Source: a bacterium (GTDB lineage: Bacteria > RBG-13-61-14 > DATKZS01). From it: a stretch of 64,000 bases of DNA. This document shows, piece by piece, positions 30,278-40,700 of this stretch. A program made the translations under genes and the position numbers. Positions within the stretch are counted from its first letter, which is position 1. Each line of letters begins with the position of its first letter. The notes beneath the pieces are model-generated. The model saw nothing but the letters and a program-made list of their open reading frames with translations. It had not been told where the DNA came from and searched no databases. Where the stretch lies: NCBI GenBank assembly GCA_963674965.2, contig CAXXFL010000001.1, forward strand, positions 1,408,001 through 1,472,000. Direction: 5' to 3'.

Positions 30278-30646
30278 CTAAATGTTGTGCTTGTTCGCCT
30301 CGTACCACTTGTTCCATTCCTCGACGGTTTTAAACTTCTGGCCCGTGATCTTCTGCATGCAGGAAATGGAAAGCTCCTCCGTTTCTCCTCCCTCCCTCAT
30401 GGCCTTCATCAGTTGAGGGGCCGCGAAGTCGCCGTACTCGAGGATGGAGTTGATCGCCTTTTGCTTTGCCTCGGCGTCCGGACTGGAAAACTCATCGATG
30501 GATTTGGCTATCATCTTCTCGAGCTTGGTGGGAAACATTCCGAGTTTGAAAATGTCGTCGGCCGCCGCCACGCCCAGTATAAGCGTGTATATGAGCAACA
30601 CGGCCAACGCGATGTTCGCCTTGTTTTTTTCCCAGAACTCTTTCAA
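30278..30646 (-). CDS. Membrane-anchored small helical (HEAT-like) protein
   Basis: Single TM then helical repeats ending ITGQKF....W.KW. Confidence 0.6.
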   Translation of the reverse strand: MKEFWEKNKANIALAVLLIYTLILGVAAADDIFKLGMFPTKLEKMIAKSIDEFSSPDAEAKQKAINSILEYGDFAAPQLMKAMREGGETEELSISCMQKITGQKFKTVEEWNKWYEANKHNI

Positions 30647-30742
30647 GGATTTCCTCCCGTACTTGGGTTTTATTTTATCCGGATTCCGAAATTATGACAA
30701 GATAAGATTATACCGGTTCCCGCCGCCGAGTAAAACCCGGCT

Positions 30743-31159
30743 TCATGGAACGGCGCTCTCCGGCGACTCGCTGGCGATGATGAGCTTTTTCGCCCCCGCC
30801 TTCTTGCACCTCTCCATGGCCGAGATCGCGCCCTGCAGCGCCACCTTGCGGTCGGCCTTGACCACCACCGCCCGGTCGGGAGACGCGGCCAGGGCCATGC
30901 CCACCTGACGCTCGAGTTCGTCCAGACCGACGGGAACGCCGGCCAGGGTCACCGCCCCCGCGGCGTCGATCACAACCACTATCTCGTCGCTCTCCTGCAG
31001 GGTACCCGACTCGGCCTCGGGAAGGTTTACGTCCACGCCCTCGGGCTGAACGAAAAAAGCCGTAAGTAAAAAGAAAATCAAAAGCTGGAACACGATGTCA
31101 ACGAGAGGAGTTATATTGACCGAGACCTCCCCCCCGCGGGAGCGCTGAATGTCGATCAT
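30743..31159 (-). CDS. exbD: Biopolymer transporter ExbD/TolR
   Basis: NITPLVDIVFQLLIFF, VNLPEA, VKAD. Confidence 0.9.
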   Translation of the reverse strand: MIDIQRSRGGEVSVNITPLVDIVFQLLIFFLLTAFFVQPEGVDVNLPEAESGTLQESDEIVVVIDAAGAVTLAGVPVGLDELERQVGMALAASPDRAVVVKADRKVALQGAISAMERCKKAGAKKLIIASESPESAVP

Positions 31160-31161
31160 GG

Positions 31162-31854
31162 TCAGTCCTCCCCCTGGCCGCCCCGGTCATCGGAGCAAAC
31201 CCCGCCCGTTATCGCCTCCTCCGCCGCGTCGATGAAACTCACCGCCTGAGCCTGGATGTCGGCCGCCAGGCGGTTGACGCGACTCGAGAGATAATTATGG
31301 GCCACCACCACCGGGATGGCCACGGCCAGTCCCAGAAGCGTGGTAAGAAGGGCCTCCCAGATGCCCCCCGCCAGCACCGAGGCGTTGACCTTGCCCTGTA
31401 AGGCCTCGATCTTCATGAAGGCCCGGATCATGCCCAGCACCGTGCCGGCCAGACCCAAAAGAGGCGAGATATTGCCGATGGTGGCCAGGGTGGACAGGTA
31501 CCTCTCGAGGCCCCGTACCTCGAGGGTGCCGTAATGCCCGGCCAGCTTCTCCAAGGTGCGCCGTCTAAACGGTCCGTTCGGGTCCACCTTTTCCAGAAGC
31601 GGCAACAGAACGCGCGAGGAAGGATGGGCCACCTTGGCCAATGAGGCCTCGGCCGCCTCGAAGTTACCCTCCGCGACCAGGGTAAGGAAACGGTCGAACC
31701 AGTCGCCGCTGCCACCCACCCTCCAGTAGGTCCAGACCCGCTCGATGATGATGGTCAGGGCGATAAGGGAGCAAAGAAGTATCGGGTACCCGATCTCGCC
31801 GGACTTCTCGAAGAACTTCCACGCGGCAATGGCCGTTTGTCTGGCGGTTTCCAT
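31162..31854 (-). CDS. exbB: MotA/TolQ/ExbB proton channel
   Basis: LATIGNISPLLGLAGTVLGMI, LAGGIWEALLTT..GL.VAIP. Confidence 0.9.
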   Translation of the reverse strand: METARQTAIAAWKFFEKSGEIGYPILLCSLIALTIIIERVWTYWRVGGSGDWFDRFLTLVAEGNFEAAEASLAKVAHPSSRVLLPLLEKVDPNGPFRRRTLEKLAGHYGTLEVRGLERYLSTLATIGNISPLLGLAGTVLGMIRAFMKIEALQGKVNASVLAGGIWEALLTTLLGLAVAIPVVVAHNYLSSRVNRLAADIQAQAVSFIDAAEEAITGGVCSDDRGGQGED

Positions 31855-32020
31855 TATCCTGGCCGCCCGGTTAATACGAAATAGCGGATCATGTCACAAG
31901 ATTCTAATACCAATCGCCCCGCTTCTCAAGAATCAAGAAAAAGCAGGGGCGAAAAAATGGACGTGTCCGATCGAAAATGCCTCATTAATATGCCGATTCC
32001 CGTTAACGGCGGAAAGCCCG

Positions 32021-33196
32021 TCACAGTCCCAGGTCCGACTTGGCGCGCAGGAAGTCCATTACCGCCTCCCTCGTGACCATGCCCACGAAGACGCCGTCCT
32101 TTACCACCGGGACCTGGTTGTAGCCGTCGGCCGCCATCATCTGCATAAGGTCGGTCAGGGGCGCGTCGGGGGGGACCGACTTAAGGACCGAGGCCGGGAT
32201 CATGACGTTCCTGACCTCCGTTTGCGGCCACAGTTCGCGCGCCACTCCCTGCAGGTTGTGCAGAGTCACGATACCCGAGACCCTGCCGTCCTCGAGGATG
32301 GGAAAACACCTGCGGCCGGTGTGAAGTATCTGTCCGTATACCAGGTCCGAGATAAGGGTCCTGGGATCGATAAAGGGGCAGTCCGTCATCATAACGTCGC
32401 CGGCCTTGTGCCCGGCCAGCATGTCCTGGAGGCGCTGGCGCTTGCCCGTCTGGGTCGCCGCGTTCAAGAGGAACCAGCCGATGAAGGCTATCCAGATGCC
32501 GTTGAACATGAGACCGCGAAATATCATGTATACTCCGCCGAAGATGAACAGGAAGGCGATGCCCCTGCCCACCGCGGCCGCGATCAGGGTGGACTTGGCC
32601 GAGTCGCTCGTGACTCCCCACAAGATCGAGCGGAAAACCCGGCCGCCGTCGAGGGGGAAGCCGGGTATGAGGTTGAAGACGGCCAGCATCATGTTGACCA
32701 TGGAAAGCCAGCCGAAAAGAACCACCAGCGGATGCAGTCCCCATTCGTTCATGGGCGCCGAAAAGCTGATCTCGCCCTGGCCAAAGGACATGTACGCGAA
32801 TATCGCCGCCACGCCGGCCAGTACGGATATGACGACGCTCACCGCCGGGCCGGCCAGGGCCATGAAAAACTCGTCTCCCGCGCTCTTGGGCTCCTCCGCT
32901 ATCTGCGCCGCGCCTCCAAAAATAAACAAGGTAATGCGGGGAACGGGTATGCCTTTGGCCAAGGCCACGAAGCTGTGCCCCAGTTCATGAAGAAGCACGG
33001 ATAAAAAGAAAAGGAAGCTGCCCACTATCCCCAGGCCCCAGGCCACGTATATCGGTCGGGCCACGCCCCCGAACTGGAACCTGGCCAGCGACCACGTTAC
33101 CAGCACGAAAATAATGAACCACGAGTAATCGAGGCGGACCTCGATACCCCTGACGGTGAAAATTTTGAATCCGTTTCCCAGCATATATTTACTCAA
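32021..33196 (-). CDS. Site-2 protease (M50) with CBS domains
   Basis: HELGH, AGP, FNLIPGFPLDGGR; C-terminal CBS pair. Confidence 0.93.
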   Translation of the reverse strand: MSKYMLGNGFKIFTVRGIEVRLDYSWFIIFVLVTWSLARFQFGGVARPIYVAWGLGIVGSFLFFLSVLLHELGHSFVALAKGIPVPRITLFIFGGAAQIAEEPKSAGDEFFMALAGPAVSVVISVLAGVAAIFAYMSFGQGEISFSAPMNEWGLHPLVVLFGWLSMVNMMLAVFNLIPGFPLDGGRVFRSILWGVTSDSAKSTLIAAAVGRGIAFLFIFGGVYMIFRGLMFNGIWIAFIGWFLLNAATQTGKRQRLQDMLAGHKAGDVMMTDCPFIDPRTLISDLVYGQILHTGRRCFPILEDGRVSGIVTLHNLQGVARELWPQTEVRNVMIPASVLKSVPPDAPLTDLMQMMAADGYNQVPVVKDGVFVGMVTREAVMDFLRAKSDLGL

Positions 33197-33205
33197 CTCC
33201 TTAGA

Positions 33206-33985
33206 CTAAAGCCGAAGCCCGCCGGGGACGGGCTCGCCCTTGTAAAACATTTCGCCGCCGTCCCCCCTCGCGAACCATCCCCGGGCAATGGCCTCGATGG
33301 CGAGCGGAAAGACGACCCAGTCGCCTTCCTCTTTGAGCCTCTCCTGGTTCTCGTCGGCCACTCTTTGCAGCTCGGCCCGGTCGGAGGGGTCGAAGCCCTC
33401 CGGCGTCTTTACCTCGACGGGGGCCGAGACAATCAGCAGCGGCCCCATGTCCACCTCGTGTATCACCAAATGCGTGCTCGACCTGATGGTCTTCTCGCCC
33501 GCCTCGATGGCGTCCCTTACCGCGTGGGCCCCGGTCCAGCGGCGCTTGCCGTCCTCCCGCTTCACCGACAGGTCCGCCGGATGCACGTTGACTCCGAGGA
33601 AAGCGTCAATAAACCGAGGCGACACGATCGACATATAGCCGCCGTAAATGGCCACCTTGGCCCCGAAGGGCTCGAGCATCTCGATCGTCCGGTCGTCGAA
33701 CCTCTCCCTGGCCGACAGGTCTTGTCGGTCCACGCCGTTCCTCTTGAGCCATCCGACCAGGTCGTGAGTGACCACGGGTATATCGTATTCTCTCCCGATC
33801 TGGTTGGCGTTCGAGTCGTAACGGTCGGAAAAGATCACGGCCACCTCGAAGGGCGAGTGTCCCTCCTCCCTTTTCAGGCGCTCGCCCAGCTCGAGCACGC
33901 GGCGGACGTTGGTCCCGCTTCCGCTCATGAGGGCGAGGGTCTTAAGAGGACCTTCCCCAGGATCGTGGATCGGCTTCGGTTTCAT
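33206..33985 (-). CDS. PurN-like formyltransferase
   Basis: MSGSGTN, GGYM, NVHPAD, VDMGP. Confidence 0.75.
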   Translation of the reverse strand: MKPKPIHDPGEGPLKTLALMSGSGTNVRRVLELGERLKREEGHSPFEVAVIFSDRYDSNANQIGREYDIPVVTHDLVGWLKRNGVDRQDLSARERFDDRTIEMLEPFGAKVAIYGGYMSIVSPRFIDAFLGVNVHPADLSVKREDGKRRWTGAHAVRDAIEAGEKTIRSSTHLVIHEVDMGPLLIVSAPVEVKTPEGFDPSDRAELQRVADENQERLKEEGDWVVFPLAIEAIARGWFARGDGGEMFYKGEPVPGGLRL

Positions 33986-34183
33986 GCGTTTCCCTCCCCC
34001 CGCTTCATCGGGTATCCGCCAATATAGCAGAGGCCCCGAGGCGCTTCAACGGACGACGCGCCGTCGCCTACATCTTTTCGGACGCCCCCATTTCCGGAAT
34101 TGTTCCGCCGGCCTTGCTGGACGCGCCTTGTATTTGCCATGCCGATTATCTATGCTCGAACCATTGGAACCGGGAACGCGAGC

Positions 34184-34888
34184 ATGAACGATTGGAACAA
34201 ATACCTGGGCAGGGTTGACTCCTTTTGCAGTCTCGCGGAAAAGGAGAGGGAGACCCTTCTCCTGGCCGCCCGGGAGAAGCGGCTCGAGAAGGGCCGGTCC
34301 CTCTTTTCCTCGCCCGAGAGCGAGGAGGTAATAATTATCCTGGATGGAGCGGCGAAAAGCTTTTACGCGGGGGGCCTGGAAAAGAAGCCGCTTTTGGACT
34401 TCCACAAGTCCGGCGAGGTCCTGGGCGAGGAGTCGGCCCTCCTATCCGGCCCGAGGGACGTCGAGGCCCTGGCCATGGGGAAGGCGCGAGCGCTGTGTTT
34501 TCCAGCCGACGAGGTCAGGGCCATGATGGACGCCCAGCCCAGGTTCGGGAGGACCATGTCCGCCCTATGCGTCTCCCGCGCCCGAGCGTGCCGCGCTCGA
34601 CTTTACTCGATGACCGCCGATCCCGTTCCCGTCCGCGTGGCCGGCGCCCTTTACGCCCTGGCCAGGAAGTTCGGCGAGCGAGGCAAAACGGGGACCATGA
34701 TCGCCCTCGCCGTCACGCACCGGGACGTGGCCGACTACGTTGGCGCCTCCCGCGAGGCCACCTCCTCCGTCATCTCGATCTTTCGAAAAAACGGACTAAT
34801 CACCGGCGGGGCAAGGCGGATAATTATCCCCGATATGAACGCCCTGAAACGGGCCTCGGAGAGAAACGCGGCGGACGACCGAGGATGA
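34184..34888 (+). CDS. Crp/Fnr family transcriptional regulator
   Basis: cNMP-binding GEVLGE...PR; HTH THRDVADYVGASREATS; start placed at ATG 34184. Confidence 0.88.
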   Translation: MNDWNKYLGRVDSFCSLAEKERETLLLAAREKRLEKGRSLFSSPESEEVIIILDGAAKSFYAGGLEKKPLLDFHKSGEVLGEESALLSGPRDVEALAMGKARALCFPADEVRAMMDAQPRFGRTMSALCVSRARACRARLYSMTADPVPVRVAGALYALARKFGERGKTGTMIALAVTHRDVADYVGASREATSSVISIFRKNGLITGGARRIIIPDMNALKRASERNAADDRG

Positions 34889-34927
34889 TTTTTCCGGTTT
34901 GGAAGAAACCGGCCGAGCCAGCCCCAA

Positions 34928-34963
34928 AAAAAAGCGGGGCCGGATAAGTAGCCCCGCTTTTTT
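34928..34963. terminator. Bidirectional intrinsic terminator
   Basis: AAAAAAGCGGGGC-N10-GCCCCGCTTTTTT between convergent genes. Confidence 0.8.
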
Positions 34964-34975
34964 AGCTTTTTATCG

Positions 34976-37450
34976 TTACTTGGTAATAACCAGGTCGCCT
35001 CCCGCCGGTGAGGTCGAGCTGGAGATCACCTGCACGGAGGATGAACTGTTCGAGATGGCGGTGATTTTTCCCTCGCCTATCTTTTGGGTGTCCGCTCCCA
35101 GGCTGTTTCCGGCCTGGTCGGTCTGGGCCACGACCTTGAAGAGGACGACCTTCATTCCCGGCAGTATTCGGTTGTTCCTGCCCAGGGTCACCTGCATGTT
35201 GTTGCCGCTGGCCTGGGCTATGTTGCCCTGGACGATGGGGAATGAATTTTGGAGCTTGACCGCCAGTCCCTGCGTGATGAACTGGAGGTTGGACAGGGAC
35301 TTGTCCTGATGGAAGGCGTCCCTGGTAACCATGACCCGCGACGAGTCCACGTCCACCACCTGGGCCTTGAGCTCGATGCTGGTGTCGGTCTCCCGCACCA
35401 CTCCCATGATGATGGCCTCGGCCGAGCTCCTCTTGCCGGCCCGCACCGCGCTGGTGGGATCGGTCAGGCCCGTGCCCGACAGTCGAAGCTCGCGAACCAC
35501 CGAGTCGACCTGGGACCGGTCGATGTACTTGAAGCGCCGCTGGCGGATGAGGGCGGTTGAGAGGTTGTCGTAGGCCACGTCGCCGATGTCCTTGAAGTTC
35601 GGGTCCTGGAAGAAGGGAAGCATGGAAACGGAAAGCCGCTCGGCCACGCTCCTGACCCTGGGCACGACCCTGGTGACCTTGAGCGTGACCACTTCCTCCT
35701 GGCCCTTCTCGTCGATGGCCCGGATATGGATGATGTTCTGGCCCGTCCTTAAATAAACCAGCTCGTTGAAAAAGGCGTTGGTCTTGGGAGCGCGCATCAC
35801 CTGCTTCTTGCCCACGAAAACCTGCTTGACCATCGAGCCCTGGCCGACCACGCTTCCCTCGATGTAAAGCTGGTTGCTGAACACGGTCTGGGGCTTGGTC
35901 TTGAGGAAAATTTGCGGCGGCTTGTCCTCGATGCCCATGGTCTCCTGGAGGGCGTTCCAGTAAAGCTCCGTTTCCACCGCCACCTTGACCGGCTCGCTAT
36001 AATCGGGCACGGCCCTTTCCCAGACCTGCTTGTTACGGTTCCAGGGCTCGACGACCATGCCCTTCGGGGGCAGCATGATCGGACGGGCGTCGGACGTCCC
36101 GGCCGAGGCCAGGCTGTAAAAGCGGTCGATCATCCTGGTCCAGCGGATGGGGGAGGGCGCCCTTGTGCCCTTGGTCTTGGGACCGAGCACGAGCACGCCG
36201 CTGGTCTCGTTGCCGGCGCTATCCACGGCGATGAACTTGACCCGGTCGGCCTGAAGGGGAGCGGTGACCTCGAACTTTCCACCGCCCAGGTTCTTGGGGG
36301 TCACGCCGCCGAACTCGAAGGACTTCATGCCCGAGGCCTCGTCGATGGTCCCCTTGATCTGGGCCTTGCCGCCCGGCGCCTCCTGAACGTCATCGATGTA
36401 AACGCGGGGGCCCTCGCGGTCGATGGTGAACTGAACGTTCTCCCGCGACTTCTTGCCCAAGAGGTCGGTAACGGCCACGCTGAGGGTGACCTGGCCGTCG
36501 GACTTCTGGAGGGGCACGGTAAAGAGGTCCATTGGCGTTTGTTCCTCCTCGCTCATTCCCTCTTGAGTGTCCTCGGCCGCGGCCTGGATCATGACCGGGA
36601 ACACGTCGGCCCTGGTCTTCTGGGAGAAGGTATAAGGACTCTGAGTGCCGTTGGCCTCGACGATCTGTACGCCCTGGTCGTCGCTGGACTCGATGACCAG
36701 ATAGAGCGTGCCCTCCTTGACCGGCGCGCCCGTCACGTCGTCGTCGCTTTTCCACCTGATGACCTTGCTGCCCCAGCCGACTTTGAGGCTCTTCTCGAGC
36801 TGCTTCCTGTCCTTGCCGCTTACCGCCTCGAGCAGCTCGGCTATCTCGTCCTCGGTAAAGTAGTAGGGCGACGCGACCTGCTCGTATCCGGCGGGAGCGG
36901 ACGGGCTGGATTCCATGACGAAGTCCACCGACGGCTCGGATGAGATCACTTTGATGGAGGAAACCTCGGGGTCCTCCGAGTCGCCGCCCGAGGTTTTAAG
37001 CTTCCCGGCCCGGGCCTTGTCCAGGTAGTACTGGGCCTGGCTGGACTCGGTGCATTGGAGAGATAATTCGAGTTCCTCGATGGCCCCGTCCATGTCCCCG
37101 AGATTGAACAAGGCCACGCCCCGGCCGCGATGGCCGAACCACTCGACGAAGTGCATGCCGTAGCTTCTGGCCCTTCTCGTGTCGCAGCCCGGGACCTTGG
37201 CCGCCCGGTCCACGCCCTCCCGTAGCTCGATGGCCCGCTCGTAGTCGTCCTTGGCGGCGTCCCAGCACTCGCCCGCGGCGTAGGAGTCGGCACGCTCCTG
37301 GTAACTGTACCATTCCTCGCGGAAGTTGCCCTCCACCTCCCCGTAGGTCTTCCCGTCCTTTTCGCAGGGCGGTCCCTTTTTGGCCGCGGCGCTTACCGCC
37401 AAGCCAAGGGCCGAGATGAGAACTAAAAAGACCGTAGCCAACCTTTTCAT
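34976..37450 (-). CDS. Secreted TPR + Ig-like + CsgG/HfaB-like + FlgT-C-like protein
   Basis: Signal peptide; TPR (HRGRGVALFNLGDMDGAIEELELSL); CsgG-like IDRSQVDSVVRELRLSGTGL.D...AVRAGK; C-terminal VTLG...PGMK; GGAGG RBS before ATG 37450. Confidence 0.75.
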   Translation of the reverse strand: MKRLATVFLVLISALGLAVSAAAKKGPPCEKDGKTYGEVEGNFREEWYSYQERADSYAAGECWDAAKDDYERAIELREGVDRAAKVPGCDTRRARSYGMHFVEWFGHRGRGVALFNLGDMDGAIEELELSLQCTESSQAQYYLDKARAGKLKTSGGDSEDPEVSSIKVISSEPSVDFVMESSPSAPAGYEQVASPYYFTEDEIAELLEAVSGKDRKQLEKSLKVGWGSKVIRWKSDDDVTGAPVKEGTLYLVIESSDDQGVQIVEANGTQSPYTFSQKTRADVFPVMIQAAAEDTQEGMSEEEQTPMDLFTVPLQKSDGQVTLSVAVTDLLGKKSRENVQFTIDREGPRVYIDDVQEAPGGKAQIKGTIDEASGMKSFEFGGVTPKNLGGGKFEVTAPLQADRVKFIAVDSAGNETSGVLVLGPKTKGTRAPSPIRWTRMIDRFYSLASAGTSDARPIMLPPKGMVVEPWNRNKQVWERAVPDYSEPVKVAVETELYWNALQETMGIEDKPPQIFLKTKPQTVFSNQLYIEGSVVGQGSMVKQVFVGKKQVMRAPKTNAFFNELVYLRTGQNIIHIRAIDEKGQEEVVTLKVTRVVPRVRSVAERLSVSMLPFFQDPNFKDIGDVAYDNLSTALIRQRRFKYIDRSQVDSVVRELRLSGTGLTDPTSAVRAGKRSSAEAIIMGVVRETDTSIELKAQVVDVDSSRVMVTRDAFHQDKSLSNLQFITQGLAVKLQNSFPIVQGNIAQASGNNMQVTLGRNNRILPGMKVVLFKVVAQTDQAGNSLGADTQKIGEGKITAISNSSSSVQVISSSTSPAGGDLVITK

Positions 37451-37701
37451 GTGGCCTCCTTTCAAAAGGCGTGAAAGTCAGGCGTTCCTTTCAACCGGGA
37501 AAGGACGCGTCTTATAGAATAATGGTTCACGGGCGGATCAAATGCAAGTATATTTCGCCCCTACACTTATTAATTGACGGGTTAACGGGCGGCGCCTTTC
37601 TTCAGCCCTCGGAAAAAATCGGCCGCCCTTGTCCTTCCTTGGCAAGGGCGGCCGCTCCAGCCTCCCGATATGAGATATTCCGCTTGCGGCGGTATTAGCG
37701 T

Positions 37702-40700
37702 TTATTCAGCGGCTTCCTTAACTTTCATGCCCGCGGCCATTTTCTCGGGCGCCTGAAGGACGGTCGCCTTCGAGACGTCGGGTCCCGCGCCGGTGATCTC
37801 GATCTTTCCGATCTCGATCTCGTCCGCGTCGAGAATATCGAGTTTCATGCCCTTGGCCGCGCCGGCCTTTTTACCGACGTTAATCTTAATTTCCGTTTTA
37901 TCCTTCGAGACCTCGGTGATCTTGCCCTGCACCGGGTACTCGCTCTCGATCTGGGTAATGAGACTGGACGCTATGGCCTTGGCCAGGTCGCCGGGGCTTT
38001 GCTTGCCCTGGATGACCTCGCTTATGGCGACCTTGGCGATGGTGGTCTCGGTCTCGATCAGGCGGAGGTTGACCTGGGTTTCCTCGCCGCTCCTTATATA
38101 GGAGCCAGTGGCGATCAGCCTGGCCCCGAAGAGTTTTCCCAGCCTGAGCCTGGTATCGTCGTTGGCCAGCTCGGTGGAGGAAAGGTTGAGCTCGCGAAGG
38201 ATCAGGTCGATCTTTTCGCGCTCGACCACCTCGACCCTGCCGGAGTCGCGAAGGGCCTGGGTAAGGGCTATCTTGAGGAATTCCTCCTCTCCTTCCATGA
38301 GCATGCTCTTGCCCTTGCGGTCGAAGTCGAGGAAAGTCATGGTCATGGCGCGGGAGGTCCATTCATCGTCCGCGTTCTTGGGAGGAGGCACGTTGCCCGT
38401 GCGGAAACGCTCGGCCAGGTCCTTGGTCAGGCTCTGAAGCTCGGCCTGCTTTTCCGAGTCGGCCTGCATGGCCATGGTGTTGTTTATCTGGGCCAGCATG
38501 GCCAGGGCCACGGTGCTTTCGGGGTCGGACTTGAGCGCCTTCTCGAAGACCTCCTGGGCCTGGGCCACGTTGCCCATGGCCAGGAAGCTTTGACCGGCGT
38601 TGATGGCCAACTCGGAGTTGTTGGGATCGGCCTTGAGCCCGGCCTCATAGGCCTTCATGGCCGCGTCCTTGTCCCCCCGCTGGCTGGCGTCGAGACCCAT
38701 GCGGTTATAGGTCAAAGCCAGGCCCTGCATGCCCTGCATCCTGGTCTCGGGTATCTCCGAGAGTTTTCCGTAATCGGCCAGGGCGCCCGGGTAATCTCCC
38801 TGCTGGAGCTTCATGCCCGCGGAGGCCAGAAGCTTCGAGTGGTCCTTGCCCCCGCCGAACAGCACGTAGCCGCCGATGGCCAGGAGCACGGCCAGTATGG
38901 CCACGGCTACTCCCAGGGTGGCCTTGCTGAGTCCCTGGTCCTGAGCCGGGGCCGCCATAGTCGAGGCGCCCCGGGTGACGACCGGCTGGCCGGGCTGAGT
39001 AAGAGGGGCCGCGTCGGCCTTGGGCGGGGCCGGGGCCTCCATGTCCTGAGTCGTCTCGTCGGCGGCGGCCACGTCCTCCAGGTAAGAGAAGGTCGGGTCG
39101 CCGTAGACCATATAGGAGGCCCAGACAATGGTGTCCTCCCCGTACTTGTCGATAAGAGCCAGCCTGGCCCGGCGGGCCGATTCGCCCACGGAGGCGCCCT
39201 TGATGACTTCCTTGTAGAAGGCTATGGCGAAGTCGTGACCCGGGTCGTCCAGAATGTCCCAGAAGGTGCCGATGTAGTGCTGCACTCCCGAGACCAGGAA
39301 GGCGTTGGCCACGCCGAAGATGTCCTTTTCATATCCGGCCTCGAGTTTCCACTCGTCCGTCTGGCCCGACTGGCAGGCGTTGGCGAAAACCAGACTGGGC
39401 ATGGGCTTCTTGCCGGTCATGTTCTTGACGTCGGCGGCCGAGAGCTTGCCGTCGGCGAGCAGCCAACCCGAGTTCTCGGGATTGTCCGAGTCGTAGTCGG
39501 CGTGCCCGGCGTAGTGGATGAGGTCGTAGTCCCGAATCTTGGCCTTGAGGAAATTGGTCGGGACCTCGCTCGACTTGAGGTTGACGTTGATGAACTCGTG
39601 CTCGCCGTCAAGCTCGTTCCTGATGTTCGAGCCCTCGTCCCGGCTGGCGGGAAGGTCCGAGCGCGGATCGGCCACGACCAGCATGCGAAGAGGCTTGGCG
39701 ATCTCGCGGTCGGGCACGTCGGCGATCCTCTGCCGGGTCGCGACTATCCGGCCCATGCCGAAGCGCTGGCAGAAGAACTGCTTGCCGTCGAATAAAAGCT
39801 CCCACGGCACGTGGACCAGGCGGTCGTCCATTTTGATGACCAGGTGCTCGGCCTGGGAATTGGCGATTTTCTCCTTGGCCTCCTGGGACAGGAGGTGGTC
39901 GAAGAGTATCTGGCCCACGCCCTGCATCTGCTTCAAGATTTCCTTGGTCACCTTGCCCCGCGTGTTGGCGCGATTCAACAGGTTGACCACCTCGTCGCAC
40001 TGCTCGCGCACCAGCTTCTCGTCGAGCTTGACCACGTCGTACTGGCTGACGGTCCGCTCCTCTCCCCGCTGGCGCTCGAACACGCTGATCTTGAGCTTGT
40101 TGCCGTCGCGGGAGGCGTCGAGCTCGATCACCCTGCCCCTGACGACCTTGCCCCTTTTATCGACGGTGCGGCGGGTGGCGGCCTTCTTGAACTCGCCCTC
40201 CGCCACCATCTGGGTATCGCTCCATACGACGCGGTAAATCTTGACCGGCTCGGCCTTGCCCTTGCACTCGACGTCGCCGAAGAAGCGCACCAGTATCTCG
40301 TCGTCTCCCCTTACCTCTTTATAGAGGCTGTCGGAGATGAGTATCTGCTCCGCGTCGCATTTGGACTCGACCCGGGCGGCAACGTTGACCGCGTCGCCGA
40401 ACACGTCCTTTTCCTCGACAACGGCCGGGCCGTGGTTAAGGCCGATGCGAACGAGGATACGCCGGTGCTTCTGGTCCTGGGCCTTGTTGTATTCCTCCAG
40501 GACCTTCTGCATGGCGATGGCGGCCTTGACGCCCTGGGCCGGGTCGTCGAACACGGCCATGATGGCGTCGCCGATGGTTTTGATCACCCTGCCGCCGAAC
40601 TGCTTGACCTTGGGAAAGAGCATGGCGTTATGGCGCTCGACCATGGCCCGTCCCTCGACGTCTCCATAGGTCTCGAAATATGAGGTCGACCCTTTGATGT

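Noticed and set aside
37999-39795. Long antisense ORFs (also 9550-10986, 53090-54808, 17977-19032, 22016-23026, 61619-62482)
   Set aside because: Shadow ORFs opposite well-supported genes, expected from GC-rich codon bias; no motifs.
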